From Cycas panzhihuaensis (lineage: Eukaryota > Plantae > Cycadophyta): a DNA stretch of 64,000 nucleotides. Shown one piece after another: positions 24,521 to 38,199 of this stretch. A program made the translations under genes and the position numbers. Within the stretch, counting starts at the first letter, position 1. Each line of letters starts with the position of its first letter. Under the pieces are notes generated by a model that did no database searches, was not told the origin of the DNA, and saw only the letters and a program-made list of their open reading frames with translations. The stretch is from the NCBI GenBank assembly GCA_023213395.1, contig CM041465.1:88853741-88917740 (forward strand). The letters run 5' to 3'.

Positions 24521-27264
24521 TGTGGAAATTCAATGGGAATTCACACCTCAAACACAAATAATATCCACACACAACCCTATCTTCCAAGGCTTTGCACAAG
24601 TAAATAAGCATTAAAAGCAAATATTTAAGTAAAACGTATAATATCCATAGCTTTATGATCTGAATAGACCTAATATTAAAGTGAAATAACACCAATAATG
24701 TATGTACAAAAGTTACGAATCTCACAATAAGTAAAGCAGAGTCACTGTCTTCCTCTTAAGGCAAGGTGTCCTCCCAAAAGCAACTCCTTAAGCCAAAAAT
24801 ATGGTAGATCTAGAACCTAAAAATGATGATAAAATTCTAGGCCAAAGGGCCCTATATGTAGGTGGCCAAACCCGTATTAAGCAAGTTGATCAAAGATAGG
24901 GTAAAGTCACTAGAATAAATAGTCAAAGTTGGTTAGACTACTTAATGAAGTTGGCCATAAAATAATGTCTAAGTTGACCAATAAATTAGTGAAACATCTA
25001 GAGAAGGAACGCTACAAGTCCCTCCGGCCACAAGCATGCTTAGCCCTCAAAGCATGGCAAGGTTTCTATGTTGTTGGTACCCTTCTTTCAATTCCCAAGT
25101 GGCTTCTTTACAATCTAGAGTCTTCCACTTTATCGGTATTTGTGAATTTCTTTGGAGCATAGTTTCTTAGTTCGTATATGTAAGATGCCTCTGGTTCTAT
25201 TACCATCTTGCCTTCTTAATCCAATACTAGTAATTACAATCGTGAGCGATAGTTTGTCCTAACTTCCATTTGAGACATGAGACATGGAAGACATTATGGA
25301 TGTCAATGCATCACTTCTCCTACTTTGTCTAAAATCTGGTATGGACCAAAGAATTGCGGCTATAATTTGAATTTTCTCAATTGTTTCATCACAGCTTGTT
25401 TGTATAGTTGAAGCCTTAGGAACACCCAATCTCCTACCTCGAATGATCTTTCTATTTTGTGTAAGTCATCTTATTGTTTCATGTGGTTGTTGGTTAAGTT
25501 TAGGTTGTCCTTTAGTCTTTGCATCATTTACTCCATTCGCTCTTGTTGTTCTCGAATGCATTGGACCCGTGGGGTAGTAGCCCATGTGAGAAGTAAAGGA
25601 GGTTTGAAGCCATATAATACTTGGAAGGGGGTCATTTTGGTGGATGTATGGTAGGTAGTGTTATACCAGCATTCGGCCAAGTGAATCCATTTATGCCTTT
25701 ATTGTTGTTTGTCAAATGTGAAATTCTGTAGATACCCTTCTAGACATTTATTTACTATCATTGTTTAATCATCAGTCTGTGGATAGGTCATGCTCAAGGA
25801 AAATTTTGTACTAGCTTGCTTGAACAATTCTTGCCAGAAGTTGCTTGTGAACTTGCGGTCACAATCGCTAACGATGACTTTTGGGAACCCATGGAGATGA
25901 TGGATCTCCTTGATGAAAACCTCAACAATTTGACTCGCTTTTGCAATTACTTAGATTCCTTTGAAATGGGCATATTTGGTTAGACAATCGACTACAATGA
26001 AGACTGTGTCCCCGCCTTCTAACAGTAAACGTATAATAAAATCCATTGAAACTTCCTCCCATTTCCATTTTGGTACACATAGGGGTTGAAGTAATCTAAG
26101 GATCTTTATGCTTTTATTCTTGTTCCTTTGAACACATCATATTTTGAAACAGAGATGTGAATATCTATTTTCATTCTTTTCCAAAAAAAATGTATTGCAA
26201 ATTTGGCAATAGGTCTTATCAATTCTGACATGTCCTATCATTGGAGTGGAATGTGCTTTGAAAAGAATTTTGTTCTTGAATACAGACATGGTACAACAAT
26301 CTTTCCCTTATGTAGAATCAAGTCACCTTTGAGTTCATACTTGGTTTGTCTTCCAGTGCAAATTTCCTATAGTATTTTGTAAGACATTGGGTCATCCAAA
26401 TATTCTTGAATTAGCTCTGGATCTAGCTTGGGGTGGCTATGGAAATTATCGCATGGAATTGTCATCAAGGATTCACAATAGTGCATCGCAACAACATTTT
26501 CTTTTTCTTCTTGTAAATAATATCAAAATCAAATGTCTAAAGTTTACTTACCCTTTTTTGTTGCTTGCCCAATAGGTTTTTCTAGTTCAGGAAGTACTTG
26601 AGACTATTATGATCAATTTTGGCCATGAATTTGCTTCCTAATAGATATTGATGCTATTAGTGTGTAGCATGCATAATTGCTAGCATCTCCTTGTCGTAAA
26701 TAGGTTTTAGTCATTCTCTTGTATTTAGTTTGCGACTTTCATATGTTAATGGTCAGTCGTCTTGTAGAAGCATGACCCCTATCCCTACTCCCAATGCTTC
26801 ACATTCTAGAATAAATGGGCAACTAAAGTCAGATGTTGTGAGAATTGGGGCCATGATCATTGTTGTTTTCAACCCTTGAAATGCTTAGTTGGCAGGTTTG
26901 CCCCATGTGAATGCCTCCTTCTTAGTTAGATTAGTCAATGGTGTTGCGATACTAGCATATCCCTTAATGACATGATGTAGGAACCTGCAATGCCTAAGAA
27001 GCTTTTATGCGATTGCATTTTTTCAGAGTGGGCCATTCTATAATTGCCCGAATCTTCTTAGGGCCCATTTTGATAGCCTCCCATGTGATAATATGCCCAA
27101 GATACTTGAGTTACATACGTCAGAGTATATTTAGCTTTGTTTGCTAAGAATTAATTGTTTTCGATATACGCATTCTTTGCCTTAATGTGCTCTAAATGCT
27201 CCTCCCACATTTTGCTATAAATTAGAATGTCATCAAAATATACCAATACAAATTTGTATAGATG

Positions 27265-30200
27265 AACTCAGAATAACTTGTGTGTTTATTATGAGAGATG
27301 AATTCTTTATATATACAATGTGAAAGCAGAATCACATACATGTCGATTGACACATAACATACACTTGTCTATGTTACAAAAAAAGGAGTGTTACACGACC
27401 CTCAAAACATTCCTAGATAAAACATTATATTCTAACACCCTCTCTTAATGTTTTATCTTTTCAATCCTATTTTATCTCTAAGAACTTGAAACTTGTCTTT
27501 GCTAAGTAGCTTTGTTAAAATATACGCAACACCTTTGCTCGTTTGTTGGGTAGTATGTCAAATCAATTTCTTTGCTTTGTTACTTTTTCCCATATGAAGT
27601 GATGATGCACTTTAATATGCTTTGTTCAAGCATGGAGAACTAGATTTTTTGGTTAGCTTGATGGCACTTTGATTGTCACTAAACAAGGTTGTTGACTTCT
27701 TTTGGTGTTGATCTAAATCTGACGGAAGTTGTCTAAGCCAAACTACTTCGCATCTTTGCTGCCGCAGTTGATTTATATTTAGCTTTTGTGGATGAGAGAG
27801 CGATTATGGGTTGTCTTTTCTTTGCTCACAGAAATTGTACTCTTGATCCAAGGAAGAAACAATGACCGCTTGTTGATCTCCTTTTCTCTTTGTCTCTTGC
27901 CGGATCGAATCACAACATCCAATTAATTTATTTGGTTTTAACTTTGGATATGTGAGTTTCAAATCAGTTGTTCCTTTTAGGTATCTAAGTATTTTTTTTG
28001 CAACTTTCCAATGTCTCACCTTTGGATCTTGCATATTTCTAGAAACTAGACTTATTGAATATGAGATATCAGGTTTAGGTGCAGTGAGATATATCGAGCT
28101 ACCAATCAACTGCCTGTACAATGTTCCATTGACTCCTAATTCCCTTTCATCTGGAGTGAGATCACAGTTGATTTCCATGGGTGTTATACAAGCTGTTCCT
28201 TTCTTCCATTTTAAATTTAATTAGTAGATTTTTATATATCTACTCGGGGACAAGGAGATTGAATCGTGTTTTTAATCGACCTCTATTCCCAGATAGTAGT
28301 TTAGAAGTCCCAAGTCTGTCATCTCAAAGCCCTTTTCCAACCGAGCCTTTATATCAGTTACTAACTCTGCATCACTACCTGTGAGGATCATATCATCCAC
28401 ATAGACTGCAATTATTGTGATCAATCCCTATCTTCTCTTTGGATATAAGCTAGAGTCAGAGCTGCACGTATGAAAGCCATTCTAGATGAGGTATTTGTCT
28501 AATTTAGCATACGGGTTCTTGAACTTTGCTTTAGGCCATATAAAGCCTTTTTCAATCTACAAACAAGATTTTCCTGACTGTTTTGAACATACCTTTCTGG
28601 TTGTCTCATGTAGACGCCTTTCTCGAGTTCACCATTCATAAAGGTGCTCTTCACATCTAACTGATAGATTTTCCAGTTATGTTGAGTTGTTGATGCAATT
28701 ATTGCTCTCGCAATGTCCAATTTGGCTACTGGTGAGAATGTCTCTTCATAATCTATTCCAACGATCGAGTATAGCCCTTGGCTACTAGCCTAGCCTTATA
28801 CTTGTTTATTATGCCATCAACATTCTCCTTTATCCTATATACCCACTTGCAACTGACTACTGACTTTCCAGGAGGCAAATCTGCCAACTCCCAAGCCTAG
28901 TTTTTGGAAATTGATTCCATCTCTGCTTCCATTGTTGCTTGCCATTCCTCATGTCCTTTTGCTTCTTCAAGCGATTGTGGCTTTATGTTAAAGAACAAGG
29001 CATGGTGCTTTTGACTTCTTGTCTCGTGTATGTACATGTCTCCTTTACCTTCTTGATGGTCTTGAGATACCATTTTGGTACTCTTTTTTCCTTCTTTCTT
29101 TCTTCTTCAGTGAATGAGTCTTTGGGAGATGATTCTTCTTCTTCAATGGGTGGACTTTTTCGAGATTGTGAAGCCCTCTGAATCATCATTTCTATGTCCT
29201 CAAGTAATCCCAAAGATTTCTTGATGAAGAGGTTCTTTTTGAAGTATTCTCTTGGGAATTTCTTCAAATTAATTGCTGGATTGGAGTATCCTTTATAAGA
29301 TAATCTTCGTTAAAGACAACATCCCTACTTATATAGATCTTATTTGTTTTAGGATCTATACATTTATAGGCCTTTGAATTTCTACTGTATCCAACCATTA
29401 TACATTCTATGCTTTTGGAGTCAAGTTTGGATCTCTTCCTATCGGTATGTGAACAAATGCTTGACATCCAAAACTTTTAAATTACTTACGTCTGGTTTGA
29501 CCACGGCCCATGCTTCTTCATGAGTGATTTGTTCTAAAGCCTTTGTCGACTACGGTTTATGAGATAGCCGACAATATAGATTGCCTCGCCCAATAGGGTT
29601 TTGCGACCACCTTTTCTTGATCATGCTAAGAGCCATCTCTATAATTGTCCTATTTTTACGTTCAAGAACTCCGTTAGAGTGAAGTGTGTAACAGGTTGTA
29701 ATTTGTCTGCATATTCCATGTGTTTTGTAGAAATTCAAGAATTCTTCGAAATGTATTCTCCTCCACCATCGACTGATACATTTGATTTTTATCCAGATTC
29801 CAATTCAACTTCAGCTTTAAATTCTTTGAATTTTTGAAAACCTCAGATTTATTGTAGAGAAAGTAAATCTGAGTTTTCTTAGAAAAGTCATCAATGAAAA
29901 TTAAGAAGTATCTAGCACCGATGGCGAGTGAGGAGTAAGAGGGCCACACAGATCAGTATGTACTAGCTCTAATCTATTTTGAGCTTGCCATTCGTTTGTC
30001 TTAAAGGAAAACGATGTTGTATCCCAACCAAGCAACTTTTGCAAACAAAGTGTTGAAATGAAATATTTGGAAGACCATTCACCATTTTTTATTTTTGTAA
30101 CTGCTATAACTGTCGATGAGATATGCCTATTCTTCAAGTGCCACAATTTATTATTATTAGTGTTGGCTACAGTACATGCTTTTATATCTTGATTGATTGT

Positions 30201-32395
30201 TACAGGATTAGAAAGTAATCTATATAAGTTGTTACTTTCTATTCCTTTAGTAATTACAGCACCATATTTCTTCATATTTAAAATGTAACGTTGTCCTTCC
30301 TCATCAAATCTGTCCTCGACTTTTCTTTCCTAACAGGAGACAAAAGAAGACTCTTTTCAATCCATGCACAAAAAGCACATTATCAATTTTCTACACAACA
30401 TCTTTTACTTTAATTACTATGATTCCAACCCTTTGAGGTTTAGCGGATACTTATCCCCTAACTCAATAGATTTGTTTAAAGCATAGGGTTTGATGATTCA
30501 AACCAATCTTCTCGTGCTGTCATATGCCTTGATGCTCTAGAGTCAATGTACCACACCTCTTCGCCCTTGGGACCAATAGTGAGTCTGAGAATGAACGTGA
30601 TTTCTTTTTCATCTTCGTTGTCCTACTCTTTGCTATAATTTCCTGCAGGGCATTTCCCTCTCTGGATTTCAACCCTTCTCTACGAGCATTGATAGGGATA
30701 ATGCCCAGATTGCCCACAGTGGTAACAAACATCAAAGGCTCTGCAACTACTCGAAAAATGGCCTATTTTTTCGTAGTTGAAACATACCCTAGCTTCTCTG
30801 GGTGGAATGTTGCATCCTCGTCCTCGATCTTCTTGCCATCTCCCACGAGACAGGGTTCTGGTATCAGGGGCTCGTGCACATCTGCGGAATTGCCCCCTTC
30901 CTCTAGGTCCCAAATGGAGTTTGGTCACAAAGGCATCTTCTACTTCTACTGAATCTTCGTATCGTTTGTTCCTTTGTTTTTATCTCAACAACAAACATGT
31001 TAAAGTATCAAGAGTCATTGTATTAATTTAATCATTATTGATTATTATATTGATTGTAACATCAAAGGATTTCGAAAGCTTGGTTGCTATCATCTCCACA
31101 ATCTCCTACTACGAGATATTTGCCCCAACACTCATCAGGTCAATTTTAATTGATATTACCTTGTGGGTGAATTCTGAAATTGTTTCAGTATCCTTCATGT
31201 ATAGCTTAAACAACTCTTCTTTGAGGGCTATGATTCTTGCTCAATTATTTTGGCTATACATATTTTCTAAATAACTGAGGAGGAATTCTATTTCTCAACA
31301 TAGATGAGAAGGGGATCAGAAACAGATAATTTTAGTACTATTATCCCTGCATTGTCTCTTTCTTGCCAATTCGTTTGAGCAGTACCAGCAACTACAGGTT
31401 TAGTTTCAGTTCCAGTGGCTATATTTCGGGCCTTTTTGGCCCTTAACAAAGTTTCCACTTTGATTTTACATATATGGTAGTTGGAATCAGTTAATTTATC
31501 CTGCTCAGCAAGCGTCAATATAGAAGCAGCCATGATCAAATCAAAAAACAAAGGTTTTCGAGGGCTAACCATATGATTGTATGGATTTCTGTACGATTTT
31601 GCAAGTGTACAAATTTGGACAAAACCTACCTCAAATCAAAGGTTTTTTTGAGAGGAGTCTAGATCTGTAAGTCTTTTTGTAAGATTCTGCCGAGGTTATT
31701 CAGAAACTGTCTCAAAATACAAAATAGGGTGGCTAGGTTTTTTGGGAATTTTGCTCGTAAAATAAAAAATCCTTGATCAAAATCTTCAAAACTGGTCTAG
31801 AAATATTTGTATTACTGAAATGAAGATTTTGCAATAGATTTTATCAGAAGGAACCAAAAATTCTTACTAGAATTAATGTATGACGTTTCAAACTTGCGCC
31901 TCGGTAATATGTCGAAACTCCTTGAAGATGACCTTGAATGACTTGACCGTTGACAAAGATGACATCCATCGAGATCTATCTCGGTGAAGTTTCGTCAAAC
32001 CGAGCACTTTCGATATTCTCGTCCATACAGGCCGCATACAGTCAATTTCTTCGTTCTTCTAACAAATGTATATCTTCTTCTTCAAAAGATTACTTTAATC
32101 GTTACCTCTTTTCCTTAAGTTAACGAACTAATCTTTGGAAATCTCAGACTGTTCCTCTTTCATTTTCTCTTTCAAGCACGCAAATTGCCCTGCTCTGATA
32201 CCATGTTAAACATAAACTTAGATTGAAAAATAACTTGGGTGTTTATTATGAGAGATGAACTCTTTATATATACAATGTGAAACTGTAACCGCCATGTATT
32301 TGATTGACATGTGGCATACACTTGTCTATGTTACAAAAAATAGGGGTGTTATATGACCCTCAAAACATTCCTAGATAAAACATTATATTCTAACA
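27265..32395 (-). mobile_element. Full-length degenerate Ty1/Copia with short (~190 bp) LTRs, nested in the chromovirus RT
   Basis: LTRs 32204-32395 and ~27265-27437 (outer end partly deleted); exact PBS gctctgatacca 32192-32203; PPT ccctctcttaatg 27438-27450; gag 31288-31572, INT (FIDDFSKK, NGVLERKNRT), RT (YQLDVKSTFMNG), RH. Confidence 0.94.
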
Positions 32396-32598
32396 GGTTT
32401 TAGTATTGTGGTCATGGTGCTTTGGAATGTGGTTGGCATGTTAGTTAGCCCAAATGGCATGACACGTATTCAAATAGCCATTCGATGGTTTGGAAGGTTG
32501 TCTTGTATATGTCTTCAACCTTAATGCATATTTGGTAGGGTCTCAAACATAGATCTATGTTAGAAATGTGCTGACCTCTATGTAGTTCATTGAGTATG

Positions 32599-34624
32599 TG
32601 TTATGATCCTCTACCATATGAGATTACTCTTCTTGTAATTATCCCACATGCAAAAGTCCAAGAGATGGGCGACCTTAATAGCCCTATATATATATGTATA
32701 TAATGTATGAGTGAGATCACCATTGAGTATTTGTGATCTTATGTTAATGACTATGCTTCGAAACTTTACCTCCTTTGTCTTCTTTCTATCATTTTCTCTT
32801 CCCTTTCTCTATCTTGAGTGGTTACAGGATTAGGTTTGTAACAATTTATATCGTAATGATCTAGGAGGTGCCATCAAGGGCTTGATGGCATATCCAGGAG
32901 AATAAACGTTCCAATTTTTAAGAAGCAATAGCAAATTTGAGACAAAATGACTTGTCTTGCAAATTTTGAGTGGTCACACTATAGATTTTGGGGGGTGAAA
33001 GTGCGAAAATTACAATAGATTTAATTTTGGTCTGCTTTCTGTCATCAAATTTGAAGGCAAATCTACTACCTCAACTTCAAAGAGCCATAACTATGGCTAC
33101 AGGTATCAAAATGACCTCAAATGTTTTTTGATTCTTTGTGTTTTTTAATTTACTTTCCAATGGAAGTGGTTTGAGGTTGATTACAGTTCGGAGCAAAAAG
33201 TTATAGGCATTTTACCAATAGGTACTATTGTAGTCTCTAAAAACCCTAGCTGTGACCTTTCTTAAAAAGGTCATAACTTTTGATCCAGACATCAGAATTC
33301 AATTTCATCTGAACTATTGGAACTATATTTCAGAACACATCATCTTAATCTATATTTTGTATATTTTTTTGCTATATTTTTTTAGATATTAAATTTTGAA
33401 GTTAAGGGTTTCATATTGTACTTTTCTTGGCCATTCGGACTTTGGTCACAAAATCAATGGGCTCGATGCCTAATATTTAATTTTTGTATCAAAATTAGGG
33501 GATAGTAGGCTATAGACACCCCCTATTCTCTCCCACATCCATATTATCATGCCTACAAAAAAGCCCATACCATGCATATTTAGCGCAAATGGGACTCTTT
33601 TCGTAGATGACTGGGTTAATGATATGCGTGCATATTTAAAATCACTTGATGATGACTACATGATCAACAAAGAGATGACTAAAGTAGCCTCATTGTATCT
33701 ACAAGGAGAGACTTATCTTTGGTTTAAGAAGTGGTATGGATTTAGTCTATTCCAAACCTTTTACTTTCTACAATTAGCTATCCGTGAGAAATATGATGCT
33801 TTTTGGTGGTAAGAGATGCAAAGCATTGAGCAAAAAAACAAGAAGCTCGCCAATACTCAAGAGGTTCAATCGTAAGGTGGGGCAAAGAATTCTCCCCACT
33901 CCACAATGTTAAGCACAATGTAAGAATGATGAGGGAGAAACTAAATATCGGGAGCAAATGTAAGCTATTTGCCACCCCACACCACTAGTTGTAGCCAAGG
34001 CGTGGTTAAGAGAAGGCATCACCAATGGTTAAAGACAAACTAAAGTGGGACCATATCAACATCCACATTATTAAAAGACCTAACACAACAAAACTTATCG
34101 TGCAAGGCCCTCATCAACTACATACCCCAACCAAACACAACATTCAAGCTTAAGGTTTCAACATTATAAGCATCCAAAGCATATCAGAGAACATCCAGGG
34201 TGTATCAAAATCTACTTGGGATGGATAGATCCCCATTCCATGCGCAACTTTTCTAATGACCTTGCAGGACCTATCAATTAGATAATAGTAACAAGAGGTG
34301 GTCACATATATAATTATATCAGGATGCTTCAAGGGAAAAGCATCTTAGGGGGGAGGGCATGTTGTGATCCTCCACCATATGAGGTTACTCTTCTTGTAAT
34401 TATCCCGCATGCATAAATCCAAGAGATGGGCGGCCTTAATAGCCCTATATATATGTATGTAATGTATGAGTGGAATCACCATTGAGTATTTATGATCTTA
34501 TGTTAAGGAATGTTCTTCGGAACTTTACCTCCTCCTTTATCTTCTTTCTATCATTTTCTCTTCCCTTTCTCTATCTTGAGTGGTTATAGAATTAGGTCTG
34601 TAACAACGAATTAGGTCTATAACA
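32599..34624 (+). mobile_element. Small non-autonomous Gypsy-type LTR element with gag remnant only (2.0 kb), nested in the chromovirus RT
   Basis: LTRs 32599-32843 and 34360-34605 (last 17 bp duplicated to 34624); PPT aggggggagggca 34347-34359; ORF 33549-33812 DDWVNDMRAYL...VASLYLQGETYLWF is Gypsy gag-like; PBS not recognisable; TSD degenerate. Confidence 0.88.
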
Positions 34625-37600
34625 ATGGGTCATCTATTCGGGAATTGGGCACTTATTCTTGATAGTAAACTTATTGAGGCCTCTATAATATACACACATA
34701 AGGTATGACCCATCTTTCTTCCGACTTAAGATAATTAGAGAAGCAAAAGGGTTAGAATTGGGAGTAATGTACCCTATTGCAAAAGTTCTTGGGTAATTGC
34801 TCAATCTCCCGTTTGAAGTGATATGCATGCCGATATGGTCGAATGTTTACTGGTGTGGCTCCCAATACTAAACTCATATTGTGCTCACATCCTCAGTTTA
34901 ACAATAACCCCTAAGGTGGGTCTTCAAAGACTTTAATGTATTGGTTGATGATAGTTTATGCTTCCTTTGGAACATCCTCAATTGAAATTTTATAACACGT
35001 CATCAAATATGAGGCTAGAATTTTCCTTAATAACTTCTCCATCCGATGCAATGTTACTAGTTGTGTAAGCGATGTGGGCAATGCTTACAACTTGTACTTG
35101 TGTCCCTTTCGAAGAAAACTTATAAAGTTTGTGTTGTAGTTGGTAACAATATTCCTAAGATTCTATAACTGTTGGATGCCAAGAACTATGTCGATGATTC
35201 CTATTGGCATAGTGAATATGCTTGTGTTGATGGAGTAAGCTACTATTTGTAAGCACATTCTATTGTAAAATCCTCCACACAGATACTCTTTTCGTAAACA
35301 ATTATGACTTAGAACTACTTGAGCAATTTTATTTGAAGACCAATCTTAGTTATTATAGGCCTATTAACGAAGTTGAGTGCTACTACTATCCACAAGAACT
35401 GATATCTTTGTGTTTATTTATCATCCCTTCAAACCAAAGCACCTAAGGGGTGTTGACCTCTCATGTAATGACCTGCAATGATATATATACATTTTCAGCA
35501 TTAATCTCATTAAGGAACTCCTCGATTTCTACTTCATCATTGATTGGGAGCGACTCTTCTGCAGAATCATCTGTGTCAGGAAGATTTGTATCTTCATTAT
35601 TGATCATGAGAACCTTTTTGGCTGGAGACTTGTGGTCATAACTCTATTTCCCATTGCAATGAAGCACGCTCCTCGTTATTTGTTTGGCCTTGAATAGTTT
35701 CCTCTTGGTTGGTCCACTTTACTTTTCTTGTGAAAGTGTCAGCCCTCTTTTGTGCGTGAGCAGTACTAGTTGGTTTGGCTACTTTGACCTTCATAGATGA
35801 AAGATTCATTATTACGAATGTAACTCTACCTAATTTTCTAGAATTCAACTTCAATATTCCTTACTTGGCGATTGCTTCTCTTAAGGTTTGTACTCCCATT
35901 GTTTTCAGGCATAACTTAATAGTCCCTTTAAGCCCTGCAATCTATGATTCCAATAGTAATACAGGTCGACTTTAGTGGTGATCAAGCTCTATAGCCTCTG
36001 AAATTGTTTGATGTAGGCCTACACTGAACCAGTCTATTGTAATTACATAAGTTTGGCAAAATGGTCCATGTTCTAAGTGTCCTCATAGTGCTCTATCAAC
36101 AATGTCTTTAGGAAGTCCCAATTGTAATGTGTCGTTCCTTGGTAATGTTTATTCCATTAGTAGATCCATTTAAGCGCCTTCCCATATAAGTGTACAAATG
36201 CCACCATGACCTTGTCCTTCTCAATTCCATATTCATCTAAAAGTACATATCCATTTGGATTATCCAACTTCAAATGTCCTTTGATTTCTTTGGGTCTTCG
36301 AAGAGGAATTTGGAATCCCTAAGACCATGTTTGGGTCTACTTTGCCTAAATTCACCTTCCTTTTCATGATGAGAATCCTCCCATTTACTAGAGGATCCAT
36401 GGTCATCACTGTGGTTGTCTATTTTTCTGTCTAATCCCTATACGGCTTTATGTATAAAGCTAAATTTCTTTCTGTTTTCTTCGTTCTAAAGTCTTATCTC
36501 TACCCTCATTCCATTAAGTTAGATTACTACATCGTTCCGTATCTCTACCCTCATTTCATCGACTACTACATCATTTTGTATATTAACCATTTCATCGTCT
36601 TAAGCATCTATTCTTCGAGCCATGTCATCTACTGATGCTTACGACTAATTCACCATCTTGCTTGGTGCAAGTGTCATCCCAGATCTCAACTCCGTTATGT
36701 GGTTAAAATGTTTGGGTCCCTTTTACACTAAGATATCGCTGAAATTTGCTATTAGGCAATTGTTTGTGACACAATGCTAGCAGATCCTGACCTCCAACAT
36801 GAGGCTCTGATACCACTTATGGGAATTCACACCTCAAACACAGATAATATCCACATGCAAGACTATCTTCCAGGCTTTTACATAGGTAAACAAGCACTAA
36901 AAACACATATTGAAGTGATAAAGCACAATATCCATGGCTTTATGATCCAAATAGACTAAATATTAATGTGAAGTAATACTAACACCAATAAGGTATGTAC
37001 AAAAGATACCAAACTTACAATAAGTAAAGTAGAGTCAATGGCTTCCTCTTCGAGGGTGAGGCGTCCTCCCAAAATGACTCCTTAAGGCTGAAAATATGGT
37101 ACATATAGAACCCGAAATTGCTGATAAAATCCTAGTCCTAAGGCTCTATACATAGGCACCCGGATCCATATTAGGGAAGTCGGCCAAAAGATAGGGTAAA
37201 GTAGGCCAAAATAAATAATTGAAGCCAACCAGTCTACTCAATGAAGATGGCCATAAAATAATGTCCAAGTCAATGAGTAACTTGACTAGGCATTTGGAGA
37301 AGGGACCCTACACACTTAACCAATTGGCCAAGATTAGATAGGATTTATGCTAGGCAAGCATACACCAACAAGCTTTTGGCATGTCAAAGCAACGGCTTTA
37401 TATGCCACTAAAATTCTGTTGTGGGTTAAAAAAGGACCTAATTGATGCATGAACTATGAGAAATAGGCAAGGAAAAGACTTAGTTAATTTATGGGACTTG
37501 GACTTCGTAAGTGGATGTACAAGATATAGGCGTAAGTACTAGTCATAAAGGTAGTGCAAAATTCTTGTTAGAGAAGATTTTGCTTTATAAAACCATCAAG

Positions 37601-38199
37601 AAGATTTTGCTTTATAAAACCTTCAATGAAAATGCACACTTCCAAGGATACCCCCTTAGCCTCATGCCCACATGCGAAGCACTTAAAGATCAACGACATG
37701 CCCAAGAATTTTGATTGGGGTCAATCAGAAATGCACATCCGCCAAAAAGATGGAGGTATCCATTTTGAGGTAAACCAACTTCTTTGGCAAAAATATGACC
37801 CCCTTAGAAAGTGTGCAACCTCTTCTTTATGAGGGTCATATAGCCATACCGCTAACCAATGAGGGTGTATAGCTAACTTCGAGATTAAGAGAAACAACCC
37901 TACATAAGGCTACACTAATGAGGCATTTAGGAGAATGCACTTTGGGCATATTTTTGGACTAATTTTTCTCCTAATATGATTGTTAAAATTGAAGCCTTTA
38001 GAGGGCAATTTTGGACAACGTTTATTGGGCATGTTTAAGGCTACATGATCTAGACATAAGGCTATGCTTATGTTGAATTATAGAGGGTTTGGGCAATACC
38101 GACAACGTTGGTCCACTCTTATGCCATCTTCTAGAAATAAGCGACATGAGAATTGTGCATGTGGTTACTTGAGTCTAGTACTAGATGAGTTTTATATCC

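Larger units (their letters stand above)
24521..37312 (-). mobile_element. Ty3/Gypsy chromovirus (Reina-like size and organisation), degenerate, hosting two nested elements
   Basis: LTRs 24521-25016 and 36818-37312; PBS gctctgatacca 36804-36815; PPT at 25017-25029; TSD cacat/cactt. gag ~35650-36400, PR ~35150-35450, RT split into 34625-34900, 32396-32598 (MPFGLTN) and up to 27264 (VLVYFDDILI), RH/INT 25300-26900, chromodomain IKWKTLDCKEATWE at ~25090-25140. Lineage name is inference. Confidence 0.92.

Noticed and set aside
32862-33525. hAT-like MITE with taggaggtg/caccccta termini
   Set aside because: TIR match is only 8/10 and there is no 8-bp TSD (taatgatc vs ttctctcc).
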